This document shows positions 52,101 to 64,000 of a stretch of DNA of 64,000 bases, piece by piece; positions within the stretch are counted from its first letter, which is position 1; each line of letters opens with the position of its first letter. The notes below the pieces were generated by a model. It made no database searches and had not been told where the DNA came from. It saw only the letters and a program-made list of their open reading frames with translations. Source of the stretch: Cenococcum geophilum (lineage: Eukaryota); assembly GCA_050273025.1 (NCBI GenBank), contig CP158635.1:31992001-32056000 (forward strand), given 5' to 3'. The position numbers and the translations under genes were made by a program.

Positions 52101-55100
52101 ACTTTACAGACCTATATTTAGGAATCTTTTAACTATAACCCGTGCTACCTTACTAGTACGGAAATCCACTACCTATACCGCCGTTTCGGCCACCTATTAG
52201 CTGAAAAGCTGTATAGAGTCCTTAAACGCTCTAGATATAATAACGTTAATAGGAAGGCAATTAACCACCTAACTAAATACTGCTCCTACTGCCAGAAATA
52301 CGGACGTTCCCTAGGCCGATTTAAGTTCACCCTTTATAAGGATCTTAACTTTAATCACTTAGTATATATAGATATTATATATATTAACGGCAGCCCAGTA
52401 CTATATATAATTAATAAGGCAACCCGCTATTAAGCCGCCCGTTAGTTGCAAAATATATCCGCAAAGTATACTTAGGATATTTTACGGACCTGCTAGATTA
52501 ATACGTACGTTGGACCTCCTAAGTATATTACCCATAACGCCAGTAGGAACTTTATTAGCAAGGAATTCCAGCAGTACGCTATAGCCATAGCTATCTCAAC
52601 AAAAGCCGTCCTAGTTAAGGCGCATTAGTCCATTAGGCTTATTAAGCGAGCTTACCTAGCTTTATAGAGAGCCTACTAGATTATTACGGACAAATATAAG
52701 AATATCTAAAAGGAACTGGCTCTATAGATAGCCGTAAAAGCCATTAATAACACCGCTGGCCCTAACGGACTAGTACCTACCCTCTTAGTCTACGGAGCCT
52801 ACCTAAGGATGAGCAACCTAGGCCCTCCTGCCCTGTCTATTACGCAACAAGCAGCTATAATATAGAAGGTAATGGCCGAAATAGTCAAATTACGGGCCAA
52901 ATAAACTATTAATAGCGCCCTGCACCGCCGCAACGGACCTAATACAACCTTAGTTTATAACCTCCCGCTTAATTTCAAAGTCCTCATATGGCGTAAGAGC
53001 GGTAATTAGACTGGACCTTATTGTTTACTAGCTGTAGAAGATAAAATATACTATATATAACTTCCTTATAGACCAACTAGCTTTAGAAGCACGTCCGTAA
53101 AACCCTATTTTCGGTCCAAAGATACCCACAATGTCAAACTAGACAAACTAGAAGCACCTGCCGAACTAGACGAACCGGAAGCACCCCTACCTACTTTAGA
53201 AGTCCCCCGGAAACCTACTAAACCTGCCGTAAAGCGTAGCTGAGGATGCCCCCGAAAGCACCCTATAACTAAAAACCCTATAATAGAGAATTACCTAACC
53301 TCCGCAGGAATATCCGCAAGGCAATCTCCGCCTACGGATATATTAGTTCTAGTATAGGAAACCCCTTTTACGGAATTATAACATAAGGAAATTAATAGAC
53401 TACTTAAAAAGGGTGTTTTTACGGCCGTAACGGAGAGAGACGTTTTGTAAGGCGTCCGTATATTTAACTTACGCTTTATTAATAAAATTAAGCACCCTGG
53501 TACTAACAAAGCCTTTAAAAAATTAAGGCTTATTATATAAGCTTATAACAACTAGGGAAAGGACTTAGTCCTTACGTAATCGCCTATAATTTAATGGGTT
53601 AGTTAACGGATTATACTTGCACTTACGCCGGGGCTATAGTAAACTAAACCCGTAGCCCTTTACTTATAGGACATCTCGTAAGCCTATATGCAGTCTAATA
53701 CCTACTTAAGTAGGGATATCTTTATACGACCACCCCGCGAACTTAACCTATAACTAGAAACAATTTTATAGGTTATAAAACCTCTTTACGGAGTACCAGA
53801 AGCCGAAAACCATTGGTTTAAAACGTACTACTAGCATTACATTAGTAAACTTAAAATGGAACAGTTAACCTACGACCCCTGCCTCCTATACACCCTATTA
53901 AACGGCCTTAGTATTATTGAACTCTAAATAGATAATACCCTATTTCTAGCAGACTAGACCTTTACGGACGCTAAAGAAACTAAACTGTAAAAGGCTAAGT
54001 TCTTAGCAAAGCCGTAAGAGTAGTTAACTAAGCAGAATCCAATTAAGTTCAATGGAGGCTTAATTATATAAAAGGGCAACCTAATCTAGCTGACTTAGGA
54101 ACGCCAAGCTTAAAACCTAAGGCTTATTATAGCAAGGTCTGCGGACCTTACTAGTTCCTATAGAGAGACCCGTAAGACTATAAATACGAAGGACTAATAT
54201 GTCGCCTAGCGCGCAAGAGGCGCCTATATTGCCACAGTCTATTAACCCGAATCTGCCTACGACTTATCCTTTGCGGCCTAGGCAATAGACCTATAAGAAG
54301 AAAATATTAAGCAGCTTAATAAGCGCATTTAGTAGTAAATTGACAATACAGCAAGGGGACTTACTTTCGTACCACTAGACCTAAATTCCCTTAGCGTACT
54401 AGTATTTACGGACACCTCCTTTACTAATAATAGGGACCTATTATCGCAAATTGGCTTTATAATTGTACTTACGGGCCATAATTAAGACGTAAATATATTA
54501 TACTGGTCCTCAATTAAATGCAAACGAGTAACCCGCAGTGTATTAGCTTCTAAACTATATATACTAGCTTACGGCTTTAATATAAGAGCCGTAATTAAGT
54601 TAATAATCTAAAAGATCCTATAGCTAGAGCAGTTACCCCTAGTTCTATGCACCAATTTAAAGTCCCTTTACGACTACCTAGTTAAACTAGGTACAATATA
54701 AGAAAAGAGGCTTATGGTCGACCTAATGTGCTTATATTAGGCCTACGAACGACGTAAGATTACGGAGGTTAAATGGATTAGCGGCGGAAACAACCTAGCG
54801 GATGCTATAACTAAGGTAAAGCCATATTAAGCTTTTAAAACCCTAATTAACACAAACAAGCTTAATCTAAAAGTTATAAAATAGGTAGAACAAGACTAAC
54901 AGAGTACTTATAGTCTATTTACGGCCCGCCAGAAGGCCGTACGGTTTATTTTACGGACCGTAAGCAGGACTTACGACTAGCTTAAAGCACCATTTGGAAG
55001 GCAGCCTAGACGGCACCTTAGGGGAGATTTCCTATGTATTTTCCTTTGTGTTTTACGGTTCTATTAAAGCAATTACGGAGGCTACATATAGGTGGTTTCA

Positions 55101-58100
55101 TTTTTTAAGTACCGCCAGTGTCTAATTACAGCACCTGTTATACCACGCGTATTTACGCGTTCGGTACACCAAGTGCGTGTTTACGCATTTGGTGCACTAA
55201 CCACCCGCTTACGCGTCTGGTGCACCCCTGAAGCACTAACTAATTAGGGGGGGGAGGACGCACCAGTATATAGACTATGTAGTCTGCTTCAATACAAAGA
55301 AAAGTCACCATCTAAACAAGCATACGATACTATATGTATTTCGTGCCCGTGGATATAACTCACTCGTGCTATTAAATTAGTACGTGTTAGGTGAAACCTA
55401 AGTAGATAGTTATATAGCCGCAAGGTACGGGCGACCCTGGGGCAACCCAGGGGTGACTCGCCCGTGAGGCACGTGCTCTGCACATGCCTAGGGAAAACCC
55501 TTCCTACCTCGCATACAGACTCCTCCTTTTTCCTTAAGGATTCGTCTCTGTCTATACAATATACCCATTATTCTATTATTGGACTCCCTATCTACATTCT
55601 TACCTTATATTTAAATTCTTACCAATCCCCTTAGGAGGATAGCCGGTTTAATTTTTCTATAATGCCTCCGAAAAGAAAACCGACGCCTACACCCGATGGT
55701 AATACGCTAGCGATGCGACTGTAGAATACCTTAGGATCTAGTGCAGATAAAACCGCTAAAAGCACACCAGCAGCATCTAAGCCATTCTCCGAATCCTAAA
55801 ACGATTAGATATCTACGAACGCTAGAGACTAGTTTAACTTATATACCTAGGCTTAACAAAAGCTTAGTAAGGTTACTAGTGTCCCACCTAATACCGCTGA
55901 TATAAAGGAGCTAGATGAGCTGGCTAAGAAAATAGCTAACTTATAGAGCATTATTGATTTAATAAAGCCCTTCCATCGCCTCTTTAGTAAAGAGTATAAA
56001 TTACGTGGCGAATGTATACGCCGATTAAATCTCAACGCCCTAGTTAAGAAGTTACCACCCGATATTGGCGGTACTACTTAACAGCATTTTAACTGGTGGA
56101 TTGCCGCAGTTAAGAACCGATTTAAGGTTAATAACGCTAACTATAACTATAAGTAACGCACGCGCTAGGCCATCGAAGGTCTTATAAAAGAGAAAATAAT
56201 CACCTAACTGGTTTATCGCCGGTTAGGCACTAAGGATAAGGGTCCCTTACTATAGGACGAATTTAAGACTATAGTCCAAGACTAAATTAGGAACCCTATA
56301 GTGAGACGCTTTAATAACGCTATAATATACTATACGGCTGTTATAAAGGAGAACTAGAGGTTTAACATCTTCCTAGCCCGTATGCGTAGCTTAGAGGACC
56401 TCTTCTTATATACCCCTTTTATTAATCCTAAACAACAGGTAGACTTTTAGTTCTTATATCTTCCAGCCTACCTATAAGCAGAGCTCTTCCGCCAGAACTT
56501 CGCCTAATAGGTGAGAACCACTAAAGACCTCTTTAACGAAATCCGCTATATAGAGTAATTGTTTAATACTATAAAGCTCGCAGAAGATCGCGTAAGTAGC
56601 AGCGGTAAATTATTGCGTATAAAGCGCGGTTACAGTATAGGCTCTATAGACTTAGGCTTAGGGAATAGAACCTAAAAAGGGTAACGCTTTTCTAAGTAAA
56701 CTCCCGGGGAGATTACCTAAAAGCTAGATGGCTTAGGGGACCCCCTAGACGCCGGTGCTACGTAGGTGAGTTAAAGGACCGTAGGCGGCCATTATAAGGA
56801 ACACTAGAAGTAGGCTAAAGAGAAGTTAGCTCGGGCTTTAGAAAACCTAAAGCCCTAGTAGCGCATCTCTCTTAACTATAACTAGGGCCTAATATAGAGG
56901 GAGAAAAGAAACGTATTATAGTATATATTGTAATAAATACGCCCTAGGGCGAAGTCCGCCTACGTACCTTATACGATAATAGGTGCTAAATTAACCTTAT
57001 TAATTAAGACGTCATCCGTAGGTTTAACCTGCCTATACGCTATATACTATATTTACGTAAACCTATTATACGTTTCCTTAATAGCAATTAGATAACAATC
57101 TAGGATGCTTATAATTTAACGGTTACTACTAGCGACTCCTAGGGTACCCCTCGCACTATCGGCCCGCAGACCTTTTGGGGCGGCTTATTTAATAGTTATA
57201 ATATAGTTTTTAGATGGGATTGGCTCGCGGAAGCAGATCTATTAATTAGCTTCTATTTTAAACAGTTTGTCTAAGGTACTTCGGACCCTAGACGCCTCTA
57301 AATAGTTACCCTTAATGCTTTCCTAGCAGACATTAAGGCTAGCGAAATAGTCTATTTGCTATAGCTAGAAGACTCCTTCTTTACGCTGGTTGTGAATATA
57401 ATAGAGGACCTATTGTTACTAGCAGTAAGTACCCATGCAGACCCTCCGGATGTAGAGATACTAGTTATAAATATAGTAGAGGACCTGCCGTCACTGGCAG
57501 TGAGTACCTGTAAAGACCCTCTGGTGCCAGCGCAGATCACCTATATATAAGGGGGAGGTGATTAAAACCCTAAAACTATTAAGTATACTACAGCAGAGCT
57601 GTATACACTCTCTATGCGAGCACACCTACAAAACGTATGTTGGCCGCACCCTTCTCTTTACTAGCTCCCAGAAGCACACTACTATATAATGGTTACTTTG
57701 ACCTCCGTGGCCCCCGGCCTACCAGATATATATAAGGAGGAAATTAATGTCTTTTCTGATGAGCTAGTAAGTATACTACCGTAAAACTCTATATAATTGA
57801 CTTAGAAGAAGGCAAGACGCTACTATAAATGCCCCTTTATAACCTCTTATAGAAAGAGTTATAGATCTTATAAAAGTACCTAGATAGTGCTCTTAAAAAG
57901 GGCTGGATTAGGCCTAATAAGTCGCCTACTAAAGCGCCTATCCTCTTCGTGCCAAAAGTAGACGGTATAATGCGGCTATGCGTCGACTATAGACGCCTAA
58001 ATAAGATCACGATTAAAAATCGGTACCCCCTACTGCTGGTTGGCAAACTCTTTAATAGGCTTAGCTATACGAAGATATTTATAAAGCTAGATCTTTATAA

Positions 58101-61100
58101 TGCGTACCATAGGATTTATATTAAAAAGGGAGATAAATAGAAGACCGTATTTAAGACATGCTACGGTCACTTTGAGTACCTAGTAATGCCCTTTAGTCTT
58201 ATTAACGCCCCTATAACTTTCTAGAGCTATATTTATAAAGCTTTAGGAACCCTAGTAGATACTATCTACGTAGTCTACCTAGATAATATTCTTATCTACT
58301 TAAATAATAAGGATAAGCACGTTAAGCATGTTAAGTAGGTACTGTAATAGCTCTGCGCTTAGGGCCTATACGCCAAACTATTAAAATATATCTTTTATAC
58401 TAAGAACGTTGAGTTTCTAGGCTTTATTATTACCCCTAGGGGTATTATAATAGACCCTGACCGCGTAAAAGCTATTAAGGAATGGCCTAAGCCTAAGTCC
58501 TATAGGGATATCTAGGTCTTCCTTAGCTTTGCTAACTTCTATAGGCGATTTATCTAGAACTACTTAGATACCGCATACCCCCTATATATATATCTTATAT
58601 AGGCACATCGCGACCTAACGTTAGATAGGGAGAAGAAGAGAAAGCGTAAGTTAAAAGGGCCTATTAAATGGTATTAACCCTAGTCCTAGCCCGATGACGC
58701 GCAGTAGGCGTTTTATAAGCTACGCGCTGCGTTTATATAGGCTCCTCTACTTCGCCACTTTAACCCTAATCTACCCCTAATGGTGATTACTAACGCTTCC
58801 GACTATACCTATGGCGATATACTTCTACAGCCTTTAGGGTAAGGAGATTAACTCTACTAGCACCCGATCGCTTATTGTAGTTAGAAGCTTACTAGCCTAG
58901 AAGTATAGTACGATACGTATAATAAAGAACTACTTGCTATAGTATAATGCTTTAAGACGTAGCGCCATTACCTTAAATACGCCGCGTATGTAACGCGCGT
59001 GCTCTGCGATTATAATAATCTCCGGTACTTTATAACCACTAAAAGCTTATCTACTCGCTAGGCCTAGTACGCTAAGGAACTAGCTAAGTTTAATTTTAAG
59101 ATTAAATATAAGCTAGGCAAGACAAATCCTGCCAATGTACTATCCCGGCGCCCGGATTATACTAAAGGCTTTAAAGATAGCAGCAAGAGGATACTCCTTA
59201 ATGCTATACTGCCTACATTATAGCAAAAGTTGCGGGTTATAGGCCTTATGGGCGGCCCTGGTGCTACTACACTATACTAGCGAATAGCATGTGTATAGTA
59301 TGCGAGCGACCCTTATAAACTTGGCGCCGGCGGACCAGAGCGTCCTACCATTCTCTTTAAGACCACTTTAACCGGCCTAATGGCGCTTAACCCTAGGGAA
59401 GACCCCTTAGCCCAGGCTACGGTCCCCCGCGATGACCTAGTGAGTTACCTGCGCATTATACGTTACTTCGCTAGCACCGACTTTACGTAGAGTCTCGTGC
59501 TATAATAAGAAGTAGTAGTAGCTACTTTAGCCAAAACGGCGTTTATAGAATAACCCCCTAAGTCACTAGTTAATTTTATTTATAGAGTATAAAAAAAGGA
59601 CGCCTTTATACGCTTTATATATAATTAGTTAACCCAAGAATAAGTTCCCGCCGGTAATAAGGACTACACCCTTAATAATTAAGGACTTCTAAGGCAAAAT
59701 AATAAGGTCTAGGTGCCGAATTGCACACTACTATAATAGGAGATCCTTAAGCGAAATTATAACGATCCTATAGGCGGCCACTATGGTTTTAACCGTACCT
59801 TTAAGGTAATCGCGTGGAAGTATACTTAGAATAGCCTTACCTAGGACCTCTGCAAATACCTAGATAATTGCGATACCTACTAACGCTCCAAATTGCGCCG
59901 CTATAAACCCTATAGTAAGCTACAGCCTCTCTAGGCCCCTACCTAAGCCTAGCGGCATTATTTACTTAACTTTATTACGGATCTCCTAGAGTCTAAGACT
60001 TTTAATAGCGTAGAGTATAACTCTATCCTTGTCCTTATAGACCGTTTTATAAAGCTAGTACGCTACTATCTAGTGCGTAAGACAATTAATGCTACGCAAC
60101 TCGCAGAACTCTTATTTAGAGTCTTTATATAAATAGGGCCTTTAGATAATATTGTCTTTAATAGGGGTAGTATATTTACGAGCGAGTACTAAAGCACTAT
60201 ATGCTACCATTTCCGCGTTTAACGTAAACTTAGCACTATATTCCACCCGTAGATAGATAGGTAGATAGAGCGTTAGAACTAGGAGCTTAAGGTATACCTA
60301 TGTATATTTACGAACTAGGAACAGTTTAATTAGGCCTCCCTACTTAAAGAAGCAGCCTTTGCCTATAACTCTAAGGTCCATACCATAATAAAGCATTCCC
60401 CCATTAAGCTTGCCTATGGCTAGCTACTAAACGTCCCGGATAGAGTCCTAGATAGCGTCTAAGACGCCTAGCAAGGTGGGGAGGGGTCTAAGTTAACAAA
60501 TGTCTAACTCGCAGAAACGCACCTATAACGCCTGCGCCTTACACGTAAGGCAGCGGCGGCGTCAATAATGCACGCCTAAAAGCTTTAGGTAAAATACTAT
60601 AATCGTTACCATCTGGCTAAGTATTTCGCCGTCGGTAAACGAGTCCTGCTCTCCTCTAAGAACATCCGCATGAAATATCCTTATAAAAAGCTTAACTACA
60701 AGTTTATGGGACCGTTTTAGATCTTAGAGCGCGTAGGGCAGTAAGCATATAAGCTAGAGCTCCCACCTACTATGGCACGGCTCTACCTAGTCTTCTATGT
60801 CTCCCTACTAGAGCCTTATAGGTCACACCCTAGGTTTTAACCCCCAGCAGTAAAAGAGCTTAAGGAAGGCAGCTGGGAAGTAGAAGTAATCGTCGCCCAC
60901 TAAAATCGTGCTGGATAACCGTAGTACCTTATTAAATAGCTAGGATGGCCAAATAAGTATAATAAATGGAAATACAAGACAGAACTTAAGAATTGTTAAT
61001 AACTACTAGATAAGTACCGCAAGCGGGACACCCTAGCCTTATAGCTGAAGCGTAGGCGAAAAGTAAGCGCCGCTGTTAAAATATAACCTATATTAAAGCG

Positions 61101-62154
61101 AAGCAGAGGACGTCCTAAGGGATTAAAGAATAAGTAACGACTGCTATAAGAACTACGGCATACGTATAGGGTAAAGTTTTAATTCATTAATATCCTACGC
61201 CCGTTTATAACCGGGGTCTATTTAACTGGGGTCCACGACCTACTAGTGACCCGCTAGTAGTAACCTGTACCGATAACTTACACTATTCTATATATATACT
61301 ACGCAGATAACGCACAAGGCCAAAGTATAGGTTAGCGGCGGATTTAATGGGCATATAGCCTTGCCGTCCTAAACCTGGCTGTATGTAAGTAACCTATAAA
61401 CCTACCCATAAAGTATATACGGCGCTACGCCGGTATAGCGTAAGGCTAAAGCAGGGTCAGCGGCGGGTTTAATAGGCATATAGCCTTACCGTCTATAAAT
61501 CTAGCTGTATGCGAATAACCTACGACCGACCTGTAAGGTACTAGCGACCTGCCTACGCAAGCGAGCTTTTGGAATATTTCTAGTCTACCGAATTTAGGCG
61601 ACGGTATTAAGCTCCACTAGCTCTACCTATTAAATGGACCAATTAGGATTTTCTATACTAGGTATGCAAAATCGCTACTAGCTTAGTTAAATATGGGGGA
61701 GTCTTGGCAAGGCAAATCTAACTAATTAAATAACTTCGACCGCCGGTCGAAGTTCCTTAACATCTTCGCGCCGCGCATATATACTACCCGTCTCTCTATA
61801 CGCAAAATTAAGACGCTCTTTTTCCTCCAAATTTTTTCCTTACTAAGGTTTTTTATGGGGTTTTATTAAGGCTTAAGTATACGAAGGATCGGGGACGACC
61901 CTTTTTAAAGGGGGGGGCATTGTTAGGTGAAACCTAAGTAGATAGTTATATAGCTGTAAGGTACGGGCGACCCTGGGGTAACCCAGGGGTGACTCGCCCG
62001 TAAGGCACGTGCTCTACACATGCCTAGGGAAAACCCTTCCTACCTCGCACACAGACTCCTCCTTTTCCCTTAAGGATTTGTCTCTGTCTATACAATATAC
62101 CCATTATTCTATCATTAGACTCCCTATCTATATCCTTACCTCACAGTACGAACA
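49200..62154 (+). mobile_element. Full-length Ty1/Copia LTR retrotransposon 2 (3' LTR interrupted by Gypsy)
   Basis: 269-bp 5' LTR 49200-49468; 3' LTR 55119-55384 + 62151-62154; TSD ATATT; gag Cys knuckle relic ~51315, RRFGH..CSYCQK ~52180-52300, KPLYG ~53780, RNase H ~54400-54890. Confidence 0.93.
55385..62145 (+). mobile_element. Full-length Ty3/Gypsy chromovirus, RIP-inactivated
   Basis: 225-bp LTRs 55385-55609 and 61921-62145; TSD GTACG; polypurine tract before 3' LTR; RT (RLCVDYRRLN...NRYPL; YLDD relic ~58276), RNase H, integrase HHCC/core, chromodomain relic WEVEVIVAH..YLIKW (~60875-60950). Confidence 0.95.
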
Positions 62155-62538
62155 ATATTAGTATTACTTTTACGCTAATATATAGGGCTAGATTCTCTAT
62201 AGTATCGCACTAATTAGAAGTAACTTTCCGTATACCTATATCAGTGTTAACTAACTTAATAGCTACTACTAGCTGTAAAAGGTCGCGAAGCCAAATAGCG
62301 TTATACTTACCTATAGCAGCGTATATGCTATATAGCCGAATTGCGTTATTAAAGCCTGTAACCTTATTAGTGGATAGGCCCTACTTATACCTAGTTAAAA
62401 GAAGCTTTTAGGTCGAATTACTTATAAAATTACTACGTAGCTCTATAAGGGCGGTCCTAAATATAGAGCTCTTAGCGTCATTACCGCCCTACCGCATAAC
62501 TTAATCTAGAACAGCTGTTCGGTTAATCGCCTTATAGG

Positions 62539-62721
62539 TGTTACAGCGACTTAGTCAATCGAGGCACGAGCGCCGTAGAACGTATGCAAGCCTGTATAAT
62601 TGGTAGTCTATTGACCTAGATATCAAGATAAGGAGTAGAAGGTGGAAAAGGACATGTCTATATACATATGCCAAGGCTTAAGCGAGAGCCCCCTGACTAG
62701 ATTTGTTACGGTGCCGTAACA
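62539..62721. mobile_element. Solo LTR, family C
   Basis: TGTTAC...GTAACA ends, TSD ATAGG; helicase frame rejoins on removal. Confidence 0.88.
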
Positions 62722-64000
62722 ATAGGCTCCCTTTTTATAGCTAGTGAGCTCTAACGGCTTAGCGGGTAGATTGCTGTATAAGGCCGCCTAACCTATAGGG
62801 GGAAGCTAATGAAAATCGCCTACTAGTAAGATGTTTAAGCCTCTAAAGTAGTTGTTATTACGCATAGGGTAAATTTAACGGAGGCGGTAATTAATCTAGG
62901 CTAGATATACTTACCCGATTATAGATTTCTTATTAAGGATAAGGTAGTGAATATCCTTAAAAGCTTATTATAGAGGCGCAAGACTAGTAGCAGGCAATTT
63001 CTTAAATAGATAATTTACTAGCAACCTTAATAGATTATATATAGTTCTGCCGTTAATACTAAAGGCAGCTACCCTAGTAGGGGCAGCTTGAGCTAATAGC
63101 GATGGCTTGCTATTAGCCCTTACTATATTATAGAGCGTAGTAGAGAGGACAGTAATAAAATGCGATTTGCCGGTTTCTACCTCTCCATTAATATTAATCC
63201 GTAGTAGGGGGGGGCCAAGGCCCGCTTAGATCTGCCTATAGTAATTAACTATAATATTATAGATATAACGCTAACCTAGTTATAAGGAGAACGGAGTTAC
63301 TGTTTAGGATAGGCGGCTCTACGGTAGAGGCTATAGCCATACTTCCTACTAATAAGTCCTTTTATTAAGCTGTGGGTACGTACCCCAATACGTACTCCAG
63401 TTGTAGTTATAATTAAGCTCCCTATTACCAAGCCTGTCAGAATCCTTAATTTTAACTCCGTTGGTATTTTAAACGCGGGTATGCAGGGCCTTAAAGGACT
63501 AGTATAACTCTAAGTCGTCTGCGAAATCGCCCTTAAACTCATTAATATTATTAGCAGTTTTGTAACCTTCCTCTAGTTTCCAATTATAGAAGTAGTTAGG
63601 TAGGTATTAATAAGAGTTAATATAAGCCTAATAGGAAGCCATATAATTAGAGGCCCTAAATTTATTAGTATAAGTAGCTACTTCCTTATACTCCCTCTAT
63701 GGGTAATAAAGAATAAGCTTTATACAGCAGAACTTATAATACTATAAATAGAAACGATCGCCGTTATATTACGGAAAGTATAATATAACTTAAGGCCTTG
63801 CTTTTAGCCAACGCTTATAAGTAGAGTAATTAAAATAAAGTAGAAAATTAAGGAAAGTAACATCCTCTACCCTATCTAGGCGGCGCTTATATTTCTTATA
63901 GTTAGACAGTCTATACCCTCTTAGTTGCCCATTATTAAGCTTATATATAGCGCTTTAATCGTCCTCCTAGTAGTAGTTTAAAGTTACTATATTCCTAGAG

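Larger units (their letters stand above)
42440..64000 (-). mobile_element. Helitron-like element: PIF1 helicase gene (pieces 42440-42491, 48753-49199, 62155-62538, 62722-64000), continues beyond window
   Basis: RIP relics of GxxGTGKS (~63165-63185), DEKSM (~62925), GDFHQLPP (~62800-62820), VMRQ (~62495), NIWVELGLVNG (~49160-49190), RRQFP..TIHKSQG (~48915-48970), YVAISR; frame rejoins across each TSD. Rep domain not seen in window. Confidence 0.82.

Noticed and set aside
61703..61760. Shared module as a tRNA/Pol III gene or hammerhead ribozyme
   Set aside because: No cloverleaf, no exact B-box, and no CTGATGA...GAAA core recognisable even allowing for RIP; left unassigned
36961..64000. Alternative genetic code or stop-codon readthrough in TE ORFs
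   Set aside because: In-frame TAA/TAG fall at expected Gln/Trp codons and are accompanied by many missense transitions, as expected from RIP; host genes use the standard code
1..64000. Starship-type giant element
   Set aside because: No tyrosine recombinase captain gene or boundary motif seen in this window

Overview
Fungal (filamentous ascomycete-type) genomic DNA with short GT-AG introns and a strong RIP-like signature (C->T/G->A, TpA-rich) in the long repeats. 1-11.5 kb is an accessory zone: a cytochrome P450 pseudogene broken by hAT MITEs and a solo LTR, a RIP-inactivated Tc1/mariner, and an apparently intact HET-domain gene. 11.8-26.2 kb is an island of seven intact conserved genes (GPI14/PIG-M, TRAX, a PIN-domain protein, NBS1, an IRC21-like cytochrome b5 protein, NPT1, an SSO syntaxin). 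27.8-36.5 kb is a phytochrome (PAS-GAF-PHY-HK-REC) pseudogene hit at four sites by five elements, one nested (MULE inside a solo LTR). 36.6-64 kb is a nested, RIP-mutated transposon block: a hAT with a duplicated 3' end, a ~257-bp tandem array, and a Helitron-like PIF1 helicase gene interrupted by two full-length Copia elements, a solo LTR, and a chromodomain Gypsy sitting inside a Copia LTR. Most insertions could be delimited by TIR/LTR ends and target-site duplications. The least expected observation is a set of hairpin-containing sequence modules shared between the 3' regions of a Copia and a Gypsy element. I found no evidence of a new intact protein-coding system. All protein assignments are from motif recognition by eye, not database searches.
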